A model generated the notes under the pieces. It ran no database searches, was not told the origin of the DNA, and saw only the letters and a program-made list of their open reading frames with translations. Positions 51,633 through 64,000 of a stretch of 64,000 bases of DNA are shown one piece after another; position 1 is the first letter of the stretch, and every line of letters begins with the position of its first letter. Location: the NCBI GenBank assembly GCA_024679065.1, contig JAGIQG010000013.1, forward strand, positions 40,362,001-40,426,000. Reading direction: 5' to 3'. The stretch is from Sphyrna mokarran (lineage: Eukaryota). The position numbers and the translations under genes are program-made.

Positions 51633-54496
51633 AAACTACATTGTTCTCGTTCATTTCAAAACTCCTTAATCTACTGGTTTTCGAAGCAAATGAAGACATT
51701 TCAGAAACATCTTTATCTCAGATTGAGCTTTCAAGATCATTGTCAGGTAGAAACCAATGACCAGCTGTAACATCATCCGTTTGATGAATTGAAAGGCCCT
51801 ATTTAAAAATAATAATGAGAGGGTTGTGTTTACACTTCGATGCAACCATGAAATTGCATTGAAAATTGTGCTGGTTAAGTTTCAGATCAAGATTCAATAC
51901 CATCTTTGATGGACCAACAATCAGATGGCATTATAAAGTGTCAGCATTTATCCTTTTTTACAATTAAAATGTATTTGTTAATGTATTGTAAGATTGGTAA
52001 TCTGATCCAGAGTAACCTGGTTTAAAATCACTTAAAAAAACTTTAAGAAGCGATGTTGAATTGTCTCAGTTCTAAAGGTGTAAAGATTTACTTAATAAAT
52101 TATGTATTCTACGGCACGATAAAACGTTAAATACCTTATCTTACTAGCACAATTGACAGAATCTCACTATTTCCACATGTGGCGGGGGGGTGGGGGGGGG
52201 AACATGGCTAGGTTGTGAAAGGTCTTGATCTCAGTAAACTGAATCTTAAACTAGCAAAATGATGGAAGGAAATATGTCCATTAATAGTTTTGTTCATAAC
52301 ACGCTTGTGTTTGAAATTTCTTGATGTTTTGCCGATTTTGGCCAACTTTGCTTGGATTGTGTAAATGAGCTGAGATGTGAAATAGTACGATTGTAGAGAC
52401 TACAGAATTAATGATCTAGTGAATTCATCATTGTTCTATTGTTAAATCCAATGTTTTTCAATACCAACTGCCTCTGTATTTAATCTTCAGTATTTCAGTG
52501 AGTTGTATGATTATCACTGGTAGTATTTTAGTGTCCTGTACTGTCGTACAGTTTTTAATGCTTTATTCAGACCGTCATCCTGAGTAGAGAAAGCTGGCCT
52601 GTCTCCGTGATCATTTCAGCCAATAGGTTCTTGCTGCACAAGGTCATTCATTAATGCTGTTGAATTAGTGGTTGACACTTCAATTCCCTGTTAGTCTACT
52701 TACTCACCTGCCAATCATCTGACAGTGAAAGACCAGTAATGAAACTGCCTGGTTGCTGTGGTGAATTGAAACTATTACCATGACAACAATGCTATGGAGT
52801 ATTTCCATGGTACACCACATAGTGATAAATTACGGGATGTGCCATGTGTCATATGATTCTTGTTAGCTGTGATTAGGTAATTTAAGCAACCACAAATAAT
52901 TCACTGTTATACAAGTGATTGTCATGTGTTGGTCAGAAATTAGCACTACTGATAAAACATTGTATTTACAGCAACATTAGCAAGTTAGATTTATGTTGTA
53001 AGAAGTTCTCTTTCCAAACTCACTGACGTAGGTACATTACTGTTTCAGTGGTGCTGGTAGTCCTTGCATAATACATATCTGTTCTTTAAGTATGAGCCAA
53101 AGCAGTAAGTGTTGACAGACTATCAGATCACAGCTCAGCATTGCATTTAAGCTTCCACCTGTCCTCAGCCAGTGTGCACACACCTATACTTTCCAACTGT
53201 CCAAGCTGAGGGACATGGCTTACCTGTGATTAACTGACACAACACAGACCAACTGTCTAACTGCTGGCTTCTTAGTCTGTATGACTTGGTAGCATAATAA
53301 GTGTGCTCCTGAATGGCAGAAAAATACTTTTGGACTCTCATTACAGGTCACCAAGAGTATAACATTGGTTATAACATGGTATAACATCTAAGTGTGATAT
53401 AACTGATTAGAATGAGAACATAGAAATAAAATTTAAACAATGATGCTTGAAATTCCTGCTGGTGATATTAGCAAACAAGTGTTTTAAAACATTCAAAGAA
53501 CATTGTGACATTCATCTTTTAATAGAAGCATTACCTCATTTATTTTAAAAATGCTAATACTTTTTACAGTAAATCAGAAAGGTTACATGAATACATCAAG
53601 CATTCATACTTTAATAACAAACAGTAATTTAAGAGTTTTATGATTGGTCAAATTGTCAATTTATCAGATACAATCAAAAACTGTATTTTTATTTTTATTT
53701 CTTTTAAATTAGCTCTCAGAAAGAAACAAAAGAATGGGTTTCGAGATTTCATTCCACTTCTTCTAAAAGTGCAAACACAAAACCAGTCTGGTATGTACAC
53801 ATACTGCTTTTGCAGGGAAAGAATCAAGAAATATTAAGTCTTCATACATTTTAATTCTAATTAAGACATTATTAATTTAGCAAAAGAAATTCTGCTTAGA
53901 CCAGAGCTTTTTTGTGATTCTGTGTTTAAATGTTGAATGTGTTTATGTGGATTCAAATAGGAACTAATGTTTTTAATTTCCATAATGTATAACTTTGTAT
54001 TCTACAGCTAACTATTATTCTGGAGAAAATAAACATTACATAACAAGAACTAAAACAGTATAGGCCCCTTTCCACATCTGAAATCATTATTTTTTAATTT
54101 TGAAATAATTATAAAAAATCAGTCACCTGCTCATAAAAAATAGAATTGTAGAAATGTCAGCAAGGGAAATGCTTGGCCTGCAATGTTTGTGCCACTGTTG
54201 CTGTTGCTCTACAGGGCTGCCTGTTTTAATCCAACCTTCCTGCTCTTTCATTGTACCCTTAACAATTTTCTTGAAATGTTTGCCATGACTCAATTTTAAA
54301 AGTCTCTTGAAATATTGTGATGATTAATGTCATAAAACCTTTGTGCAGAAAAATGTTCCCAACTTCCCTTGTATGTTTCTAATACTAATCCTCAATTTAT
54401 GCCACTTGCTACCTGTTTACTAACTAGTCCAAATAATCTTTCATTAATTATGTCTCAAAGCTATTTAAAATTTTGGCTATACCATAGCCCAGCAAT

Positions 54497-54804
54497 GGCG
54501 TGGTGGCTTGGTGGTTAGCACTGCTGCCTTACATTGTAAGGGTTAATTAACAGCTTTGGGTCACCGTCTGTGTGGAGTCTGCACGTTCTCCCTGTGTCTG
54601 CATGGGGTTCCTCTAAGTGCTCTGGTTTCCTCCCACTCCAAAGATGTGTAGGTTAGGTTGATTGGCCATGCTAAAATGCCCTTAGCATCAGGGGGTTAGC
54701 AGAGTAAATGCACAGAGTTATGAAGATAGGCTGTGATGGAATTGTGGTTGATGCAGACTTAATGGGCTAAATGGCCTCCTTCTGCACTGTAGGAATTCTA
54801 TGAT
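54497..54804 (+). mobile_element. HE1-like SINE inserted in a CR1 fragment
   Basis: gtggttagcactgctgcc...gtctgtgtggagtctgcacgttctccctgtg...ggccatgctaaaatgcc...aatggcctccttctgcactgtaggaattctatga. Confidence 0.85.
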
Positions 54805-56718
54805 TGTTGTAGTGAATACAATTCTAGTTTTTCAAGTCTCTTACAATTATATTCTCTTATTCCTAAAAGTGTTATAGTAAATCTGTCTTGCATCTTTTCT
54901 GTAGTTTCATTATCTTTTCTGATGAGGTCCCATAAACTTCTCACAATGTTCCAACAGCAGTAAGGTAGTCTACACTTTTGAGTGTCCAGTGACTTTGATG
55001 TTGCAAAAGACTCCTCAGGTGTGGGAACTTGCTCTACTTTCTCAGCATTGCATACTGTCATTCCACTTACTAAAGGCTTTTCAACTCTTTCTGTGCTCTC
55101 CCTTGTATATATATTTTATTTCTTTGATTTCCCTCATTATGCTTTTGTGTCTTTTGAGTGAATCGCTTCTGCATTGCAGCTATTCCCTAATCTCCACGCG
55201 AACATCTCTCTAAGTCTTTTCCCGAGTGTGGTTGTGTAGTTTTTTTCTCTTTCCTTGCTTTACCTGATTTCCTTTGTTGCTTCTTAAATGCTGTTCATTT
55301 GCATTATTTTTCAATTCAATTCTGAGCATGTTTTCTACTTGAAACTTCAATTGCCTCATGTTTCCTTGACATGTTACATGGCCTGTTGAGTTTCTCACAT
55401 ATTCTGTTTTTTGACCTGAGAAATATCTGCAGATTAATTATGCATCTTTTTCCAATGAATGTTCATAGAAAATGAATCACATTCACTCTTAGGATTCCAC
55501 ATAGAAAACTCTTATTTTCAAAGAATCTACCTTTAGGTGCTCTATTTTTCCACAGTAATGGTGTAAAATTGGATATGCAACTCTCTATAACTTCAGCCAA
55601 GTTATATTTGCACACCAATCAAACAATTCCACTGCTTGATGACCTTTCTCGATATCTCTTCTTTTTACTTTTGTAATTGGGTCTGTAATCAACATTGCTT
55701 AATTTTCCTGTCTATTTTATAACCTGACAGCCTGAACTTGCATGTTTAAATTCAAGTTCAACAGAAAACAGTATCGTGTTCTACGTATATGTTAGTGACA
55801 GCCGGGTCTCAATTGTCATCATCTCTCTCATCCTTTCACTGTCTCTATATTTTCAAACAGTTTTTCTACACAGTGCTGGATGAGCAGAAATTTCCTCCAA
55901 CCTAATATTGTGAAAAGCAAAGCCATGTTTTTAGTCCCACTATCAACCAAGTTGCCTAACCATCAATTCTATTCTTCTTCCTGGCAATGATCCATAATTG
56001 AACCAGTCTATTTGCAAGATAAAGGTAAAATACTGTGGATGCTGGAATTTGAAAAAAAAACAGAGAATATTGGAGACACGCAGCAGGTCTGACAGTACCC
56101 GTGGAGAGAGAATAGAGCATTTTGAGTCAGGATCACCCTGTTTGCAAACTGGGTATTCTGCATGATTCTATGATGAACATTGGGCCGTATCTATGCCAAT
56201 ATTAAGACTGCATATTTTCATCTCCATTCCTGCCTCAGCTTATTTGCTGAAACCCTACAGGTTTATTTCTTACAACACACTCCTGGCTGGTTCCCATATT
56301 CTACCTGCTGTCAAATTCAGATCACCTAAATCTTTAGCATTCATATCTCAAATTGCACCAAGTCCTGCTAACCTGTCACCTTCATACTTACTGATCTACA
56401 TTGGCTCCCAGTTAGGCAACACCTCGATTTTCTTTTTAAATTCTCATCCTTGTTTTCAAATCCCTCTGTGATTTCTCTTCTCCCTATCTCAGTGACTTCA
56501 TCAGCCCCACAACTGTTGAGGTATCATCTCATTCTGATCGTTTGAGGATCTGCAATTTTAATTGCTTCACCATGTAAGCTGTTGATATTGCTAGAATATT
56601 TAGCTCTCAATTATTCCCTTCTTGTATCCTGGCCTCTGTAATGGCTGCTGCATACCATTAAAATAGAATTTGTACTTCTAACTCACTTGTTTTATTTATG
56701 TTACATACATTCATAGGG

Positions 56719-57004
56719 TCACAGAATCCCTACAGTGCAGAAGAAGGCCATTTGGCTCATCAAGTCGACAATCTCACCCCATCCCATAACCCCACATACC
56801 CTGCTAACCCCCTGACACTAGGGTCAATTTATCATGGTCAATCAACCTAAGCTGCACGCCTTTGGACTGTGGGAGGAAACAAGAGCACCTGGATGAAACC
56901 CCAGCAGATATGAGGAGAATGTGCAAACTCTGCACGGACAATGACTTGAGGCCGGAATTGAACCCTGTGTGACAGCAGTGTTAACCACTGTGCCATCGTG
57001 CTGC
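56719..57004 (-). mobile_element. HE1-like SINE
   Basis: agaatccctacagtgcagaagaaggccatt...ggactgtgggaggaaac...ggaattgaacc...ttaaccactgtgcc. Confidence 0.85.
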
Positions 57005-57530
57005 ATTCTGTATTGTGTAATCAAAACTGGGGCACCTGATTCCCCTCCATCTCGAACTTAAATGCCATATGTTCATTCTCAGATCCCATTATGGATTCAC
57101 ACTTCCCTGTCTCCTTAACTTCATCCACCCCTCTATAACTCTCTAAGCAATGCTCCAGTTTGGGACACTTATTATTTTGATGTCTAGTAGTTTTGCCATA
57201 TTGATGTGAGGCCAAATTATCTCTAGTCACTCGGTTTATTTCTTTACTCTTTTTGAATGCCATCCTCAAGTCATTTAACACAATTCCTTGTTCCTATGAA
57301 TTTTGGAAAATGATGATTAGAAATGATGCCAATTTGTCACTACTTCCCTGTGTTCTGGTGTTTGTACCAGGCTGATTTGCTTGTCATAAATTTACTTTGA
57401 TTTGGTGCTTTGGATTTTTTTAAAATTTTGTTTTATTTCACAAGAAACAAAATAGTTTCGAAAACTTGCTTATTATCAAACAGAATGTAGGAAATCTATC
57501 TGAGAACTGATTAACCATATTTTTCTGCAG

Positions 57531-57887
57531 ATGATCTAGATGGTAATGCAAAACGCCTAGATGGATTGGTTGAAAATTATAAGAATGGGGAATATTGGAC
57601 TGATCGAACCAACACAGAGAGTTTCACCACTGAGAAAGAACCTGCACCTAATGAGGACTTTGCAAAAACTCTACAAACATATCATCACAAGGATGCTAAC
57701 TACAGTTCTGAGTCAAGTTTTGACAAGAATAGCCAATATTGCGAGGGAAGGTTACAGGACAAGCAGGAAGAAATAAACACTCATGAAGTACAATCAGAGA
57801 TGAAGGGATATAATGAGAAATGCATCAGTCAAGCTGTGGAGCCAGAAATTTTTAAGATGAAAAGAAAGAGACGAAGTTCCATCATAG
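57531..57887 (+). CDS. BCOR: BCOR exon 7 equivalent, (Y)DLDGNAKRLDGLVENY...KMKRKRRSSII
   Basis: Acceptor ttttctgcag| and donor ATAG|gtgaga; 357 nt, phase 1-1, open frame (ORF 57566..57931). Ends in a basic NLS-like cluster like human KAKRRRVSK. The rest is poorly similar, so the call rests on splice sites, phase and position. Confidence 0.85.
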
Positions 57888-59587
57888 GTGAGAATGATGA
57901 TGTTTTGCTGTTGGTTACATGTATATTATAATTATGAGGAATAATTTTAAAAGTCAATAAGTTGGAATGGGTAAAACACATGGTGTGTACCAGGCTGAGT
58001 TTAAAAAGCACTTCCTCCTTCAGAAGTCCAGCTGAATAAACACTTGTGGCATATATTTAAAGTATAGTTTTCTGTTTGATATGCACACAAAATTTCAAAG
58101 ATCCTTCTCCTTTCCAGCAATATAAACAGACGTTAAAATACTTTGAGCCCTCTAAGTACCAAGGTGGCCTTAGTTGTTCAAAAAACGCAAAAGTATGTTC
58201 TGTAGCAAAACATGTTGGGGGGGCGGGGGAAATTCTCAACTTCTAAATGTAAAATACATTTGAAATAATTTGCAAAAATCAGATTCAAATTCACAGTATC
58301 TTTTGGGTTAGATGAGAATTATAATCTTATCATGTTTAAGTTCTGATCCAGAACCACTTGCTCAGACTCTAAAACCTCAACTTTCAAAAAGTGAATAATA
58401 ATACTCCACGTAGAGGAGTATTCCATCTCTAGTTATTGTGATTTATGATAGTCGAGCATGAGAGGAAAATGCCACTGTTTGGGTTGTTCTGGCCAAAAAG
58501 GACAGTATTGAAACTGAAAGGGAATCAACATAGCATCAAAACATAAAATTGATCGTTATTAAGGAATAACGTGGCAGCATTTAAATCTTTTGACTATTTG
58601 ATTTTTTTATCCTTTACTTATTTTTCAAATTTCTATTCAATTTTCCTTAAAGCTATTCTGTATCTGCAAGTCTAGACAATGACTGCTGGTAAGCTTTGAC
58701 CACAAGGAAGATGTCATAGACACTCAGTTTTTTTTTCTCATCCAATACACATGCACAGACTTTTCATGTAGGAATCACTGAGGAGCAGCATCATTTCGTT
58801 GTTGTTTATATTTTCCCTCACGAGCCTGGGGTTACTGAGGCCAGCTCTAGTATCCATACTTGTAAGTTGATTGATCATCTAATGTGACACAATATGTATT
58901 GATCTTGAATTTTCCTGGTCTGAAACACCTCAAAGAGTATACTTATCCATCAGGGGATCTCATCAGTTCTCATCAATTCATCAACAACAAAGCAAATTAT
59001 TTATTCAAGGACAACTGATAGCATTTCTTTCTCAACAGTGCATCCTTTTGAAATAGATCATATGTCAGTATGTTAAAAAATCAGTACAGGTTACAATTTC
59101 ATGTTGGCATTGTGCATGTGGAAGTGCACCATCATGAGAAATGAACACATTTCTTAAGAAAATGCATGTCATTATTGAATTTAGGAATTTCATTACATGC
59201 AAGTAAAATCCAAATGTTTAATTACAAAATAATCATCTCTCAAGTCAAAATCCATATAAATATTTTCTTTGCCTTTTTAATGATTATTGATTGTACATCT
59301 TGAATAAAATTGGGAATCTTGATTGGATAGAAAAATTGTTGCTGCTGTCTTTAAATATTTAATCATTTTATTTGTAAATTGAACTGTAGAGTTACCTCAA
59401 GTCTTGTTTCTCCAATAGCTTTATGCTGTGATTGCAGAAAATCATGCATTTATATCATTGAGAATACATTGGTATTAAAATTGCAATGATTGTCTACTAG
59501 CTCAAAATATTAGTGCCATCTAAGGACTTGTTTATAGCATTATTAGCTGTAGGGCATATTTCATTGACCTGAGCTTTTTCACAGTAG

Positions 59588-59950
59588 ATGAATGGACTGA
59601 GAAGGAGATGAATGATGAATCCACAGACAATTCAGAAGACTCTCACTCAAGTGAAGTAACAAACCTAAAGGTGTGCATTGAGCTGACAGGGCTGCATCCC
59701 CGCAAGCAAAGACACCTGCAGCATCTAAGGGCACTTTGGGAGCAACAGGTGTCTCCTGACAGATCCACACCTGCCAAAGCAGGTCGGCTCAGTAAGAAGG
59801 AATTAGCTGGGGCTAAAGAGCCAGAGCTCATTGCAAAGGAAACAGAATTCAAAGACAGGGTCGAAGAAAGAGCCCCCAGGAAAGGACCAGAGGCCAAGTC
59901 CAACAGAAATGGGTTTGAAGAGATCTTCAATAGAAGTGACGTTGAAAAAG
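59588..59950 (+). CDS. BCOR: BCOR exon 8 equivalent, (D)EWTEKEM...[32 protein letters not shown]...DVEK
   Basis: Acceptor tttttcacagtag| is a NAGNAG with alternative start 59585; donor AAAG|gtacat (phase 1). Near-identity to human [32 protein letters not shown]. Confidence 0.95.
59662..59685 (+). other. AF9/ENL (MLLT3/MLLT1) AHD-binding motif NLKVCIEL
   Basis: LxVxIxL consensus, identical to the human BCOR peptide as recalled. Confidence 0.8.
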
Positions 59951-60589
59951 GTACATTTGGAACCTGGAGAAGTCTGTTTTTTTTGTTTAATTTTGAAAAT
60001 ACTTAATATAATTTGCTGAGCAAAATGGAATGTCTAATAGTGTCCATTTTTTTGTCTTTCACTAAATATGAAGCTATCCAGGTGAAGGAGTTTTGAAATG
60101 TTAAAGTACTTAAATCCAAGTCCATTGACTTTTTTTTAACTCTTTCACCCTGGCCATTTCTCAACAGAAGGTTGTCAAGCATTTTTATACCTTAATCTAT
60201 TTATTCTCCAGATCATTTGCCTCTGTGCATCTCAGAGTACGGTTGTGGGTCTGCCTCTGGGACCCACTGTCAGCGTTACTTCAGGGTGGCTAACAGAAGG
60301 TGGTAAACAAATTGTATCGAATCAGATGATGTCAATTGATTGCTCTTTCATGAAAGGGAAGAATTGATTTTGATATGCTTTTCCAACAAAGTACCTGAGC
60401 TAAATGCTGGTGAATTAAGCTGCTTGAAGTAAACAGATAAGAACGTCTAGCTGTTTTAAGGCTCAAGGTTGGGATTTTCACTCTGGGCTGTTGGCTGCCT
60501 GGCTAAATTGTCCTGAATATAATAAGATCAGTAAGTGAATACTTTGAAAGTGTAATGCTTGGCCTGATATTGTTGAGCAGAATTAAAAT

Positions 60590-61630
60590 GACCAAGGGAA
60601 AATCCTGCTGATGTTTGCAATCTGAGATAAATGCTGCAAATATTCAGCAGGTTTGGCCACATTTGTGAAAAGAGAAACACAAGAGTTAATTTTTCAGACC
60701 TGTGACCTTTCATCAGAACTATGAAAAGGTAGAGATGTAACAGTTTTTAAATGGGTGCAGAGGCAGGAGAGGGAAGAAAGGAAGAATGAAGGTCTGTGAC
60801 CAAGTGGAAGACAAAAGGAGATGATAATAAAACAAATAGAGAAACAAAAAACTGGGTCCCAAGGAACTGTAAATAGCAACAGCAGAACTATCGCCAACAT
60901 CTGCTGTCCAAAAAAATAATGGGAGCAGTGGTCATGACACGAAATTGTTGAACTCTGTGTTAAGTCATTAAGACCCTAATCGGAAGAAGAGATGCTGTTT
61001 CTCGACCATCCGTTGAGCTTCATTATCCAAGGACAGAATGGTCAGTGAGAGAGTAAATGGAGAATTAAAATAACACGCAACTGAAAACTCGGGGTAATGC
61101 TTGCAGACAAAATGAAGATGTTCAGCAAGGCTCTCATCAAATCTGTATTGGTCTCAGCAGAGAAGAGGCGGTTGCATTATGAGCAGCAAGTACAGTATGC
61201 TAAATTGAAAGAAGCTCAAGTAAATCACTATTCACCTGGAATGAGTGTATAGGACCCTGGACAGAGGAAAGGGAGAAAGTGAAAAGGCGGATGTTTCATC
61301 ACCTGTGCTTGCATGAAGAGGGGAAGAGGTGATGGTAGAGTGCAGCCAGGTACCATGGAGATAATAGCTGCATCAAAATGTTGAGAGAGAGGGAAGGGCA
61401 AGATATGTTTAGTGGTTGCATAATGCCAAAGGTGATGGAAATGGCAAAGATGATTCTTTGAAATGGATGCGTTGGGATGGACGGTTAAGAGGGACACTGT
61501 TCTGGGAGAGAGGGGAAGGTGTGAGATAAGAAGTGCAAGAAATGGAAAATGTCAACAGTTGTGGAAAAAAGCTGTATCACTAGCATAGATGTGGCATCAT
61601 CAAAACAGATATGATGGAGAGACTTGGGAG
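60590..61630 (-). mobile_element. Penelope-like element remnant (GIY-YIG region plus terminal repeat with hammerhead-like motif)
   Basis: Minus strand gives decayed VQGPIHSFQV followed by a frameshifted GIY-YIG-like Cys-rich segment. The 3' terminus has ctgatgaaaggtcacaggtctgaaa and gctgaatatttgcagcattt...cagcaggattt. Confidence 0.65.
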
Positions 61631-62339
61631 AATAGAATTAAACACAAAGCTGTCCAAAAGAAGGAATTTGGAAATGTTGAAGTACGTACAATAAAAAAAT
61701 CAATTAAGGAGCTCCATTCATTCAGACTATTAAAACATATTTGGTACGTCCAAAGTGGGTTAAATAGCTACTTGGTTTGAATTGGAATACCAGAATCAAT
61801 TTTTCTGAAAACTTCTTAAAACTGAGGTCATCACTGCAGCACTTGCACATTAACCTGTGTTTACAAGTTATAAAACTAAGTGAACTTAGTTTTTTTTAAA
61901 AAATAGTAACACAATCCTCCATTCTTTCATTTGTTCTGCACTACATTGATTCAATCCTGAGAGAGCAAGACAAAGAACCACTTCCCTATTTTAGATTGAA
62001 TGTTACTTCAATGGGATGCAAACACATTATATTTTATATTTTATAGTGTATAGTAGAATATTTTATGCTTTTTCATCTTTCCTATTGTCTCCTTTTGGTC
62101 ATTTTGGTTGTATATCGTTTTTATTCAAAATTATGGTACTTTTTTTGAAAGTGGCATTTATTAAGTTCTCTTTCCAGGTTAATATTTTTGATTAGCATTC
62201 TTGTCAAGTTGATATATTGCCTATGTTTGATTATAAATTCATGAATGTAGAGAAATGTGAAATATTGTAATCAATTTCAAAAATAAATTTTAAGCTTTTA
62301 GCAGGTTAGAATAACTGAGGATCCTTGGTAATTATGTGC

Positions 62340-63005
62340 ACAAGACATTGTAAGCTGTTGTGCAAGTAAGAAGGCTTTAATAAAGATAATAAGGGTGTTT
62401 AATAAGGACATTTGTTTTCATCTGAAGATGAAAACAGTGAGATAATATTAAACTTGTACAAGTCATTAGTTGGGTTATAGTTGGAGTATAGTGCACATTC
62501 TTGGTAATTAAAGAAAGCATATAAAACAACTAAAAAGGTACGGGTAAAATTCATTAGGCTGCTCACAGGTAAGAATTATAGTTATGAAGGGACTTTAGAA
62601 GTTGTGATTTTTTTAACTGGAGTGCAGAAAACTAAGTAGTGACTAATAACCTTTCACAACCAAAAAAAACTTTGTGAAAAGGTAAACACCGATAGATTAT
62701 TAATAATTTAAGTGAGATAGTAACCAGAGATCACAAATTAGAGATAATGATAAAATATATTAATAGGGAGATTAGAAAATACAATCTTTGTCTAGAATGT
62801 GATTGGAATGTGGCATTCTATGTTGCAAGTTGTTGTTGTAAGAAACCCCATAAATGTTTTTGAAAGGAAATTAGATTGTTTCTGGAAAAAGATTATTGAA
62901 GGACATGGAGAGCGAGCAGAAGAATCAGATTAGACTGAGTTGTTCACGTGGAGAAATGCACCAGTTCATTTCATGGGCTGAATGGCCTATTTCTGTGGTT
63001 TAATA
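62340..63005 (+). mobile_element. Old CR1 LINE 3' region
   Basis: cttgtacaagtcattagtt...ttggagtatagtgcacattcttgg...atgggctgaatggcctatttctgtg. Confidence 0.6.
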
Positions 63006-64000
63006 TTTTGTGATTTTTTTGGATCCCTTAGTGCTCTTGCACACAATCGTAGAGACTCATATTAGTTACTGGTCAGTCAACCTCCATCTCAGCAGTGATG
63101 CCTTTACTTCAAGGCAATTCAGCAAACCTCTGTTACTTACTCCCAGCAAAGATGTGCTTTAGATCTTCAAGCCATCGATATCAGCTGCAGTCCTGGCTCG
63201 CAGTTGTGTTTAGCAGCAGAGCTTACGCATAATGAAATCATGCAACCGTGAGAGTTATCATCAATCACATCAGCAGGGTAAAGCAACAATTATAATGTCT
63301 TGGAAGATCAGGCGGCAGCCTTCCACTATCATCCAGTTAAAGAATCATGCATTATTATATTTTGCTGTATGTTCCATAATTTTGTTGTGCCACTTGCTCC
63401 CTGTGATTCACATTTGTCAGCTCTGCGAGACATTCTACTCTATAGAATACTGCAGTCTCTTGTTAAGTGCACACCCCTCTCTCTTTTGGTGTTGAATTTC
63501 AGTATGGCTCATACCCCACACTCCTATCACAAGTGTAGTGTAGCATGCACTGTCCTGATGAGGCACCAACTTTTACTTTTAAAAATGTCATTCGCTGGGC
63601 AAACATGGGACAGCCAAAGAATGTTCTATCATTTTACTGTACAATGTGGCTTCAACACAAGATACTAATCAATGGGAAAGCTATTCCATCTATTTGAATT
63701 CATCCATCCAGAAAGGACTTAAAATACCTTCCATTATCCAATTATCCAGTTATTTTCAGGTGCTTCCAGGGTTTTGCTTTCACTGCTCTTATCTGAAAGT
63801 CTATTCCATACATTGATCACTCGTTGTGTGAAGAAGCATTTCTTTATCTTTTCTCCATAACTGTCGTTCGCTAGTTGATTCATCCTTGTCCCATTTTCAC
63901 AATTATCAGTTTATTTCATTATCATTTTACCTCTAAAACCATTTCTCTGTTGCCTCCTTTCTAAACAGTTAAGTTTCTTACCTCAACCTACACTTTTATA

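Noticed and set aside
32406-59950. Assignment as BCORL1
   Set aside because: The N-terminus (MLSATP.YGN.HSWM), the exon 4 blocks, the exon 5 peptide and the exon phases all match BCOR rather than BCORL1.
1-64000. CRISPR arrays, operons or prokaryotic defence systems
   Set aside because: The sequence is a spliced vertebrate locus with no regularly spaced repeat-spacer array and no prokaryote-like gene density.

Overview
Eukaryotic, AT-rich, repeat-rich vertebrate DNA. The repeat content (HE1-type tRNA-derived SINEs, CR1/L2/Rex1 LINE fragments, Penelope-like remnants) points to a cartilaginous fish, most likely a shark; this is an inference. The window holds the 5' two-thirds of one + strand gene, BCOR (BCL6 corepressor). 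A CpG-rich, promoter-like region (about 1-8.5 kb and 11.5-15.3 kb) is followed by seven coding exons equivalent to human exons 2-8: 32406-32491, 38805/38808-38898, 45123-47987, 49285-49341, 49731-49911, 57531-57887 and 59585/59588-59950. They splice in frame at canonical GT-AG sites into about 1333 codons. The ankyrin/PUFD-encoding 3' exons lie beyond the window. Almost all other ORFs in the track are chance ORFs, microsatellite read-through or decayed retrotransposon fragments. I did not find a convincing novel biological system. The best leads are a preserved 102-nt alternative acceptor that would toggle the AF9/ENL-binding motif, a diverged BCL6-binding segment, two NAGNAG acceptors, a recursive-splice-like site and a homotypic motif array upstream, Penelope-derived hammerhead ribozyme remnants, and a putative solo LTR. 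Comparisons with human BCOR and with repeat families are from memory, not from database searches.
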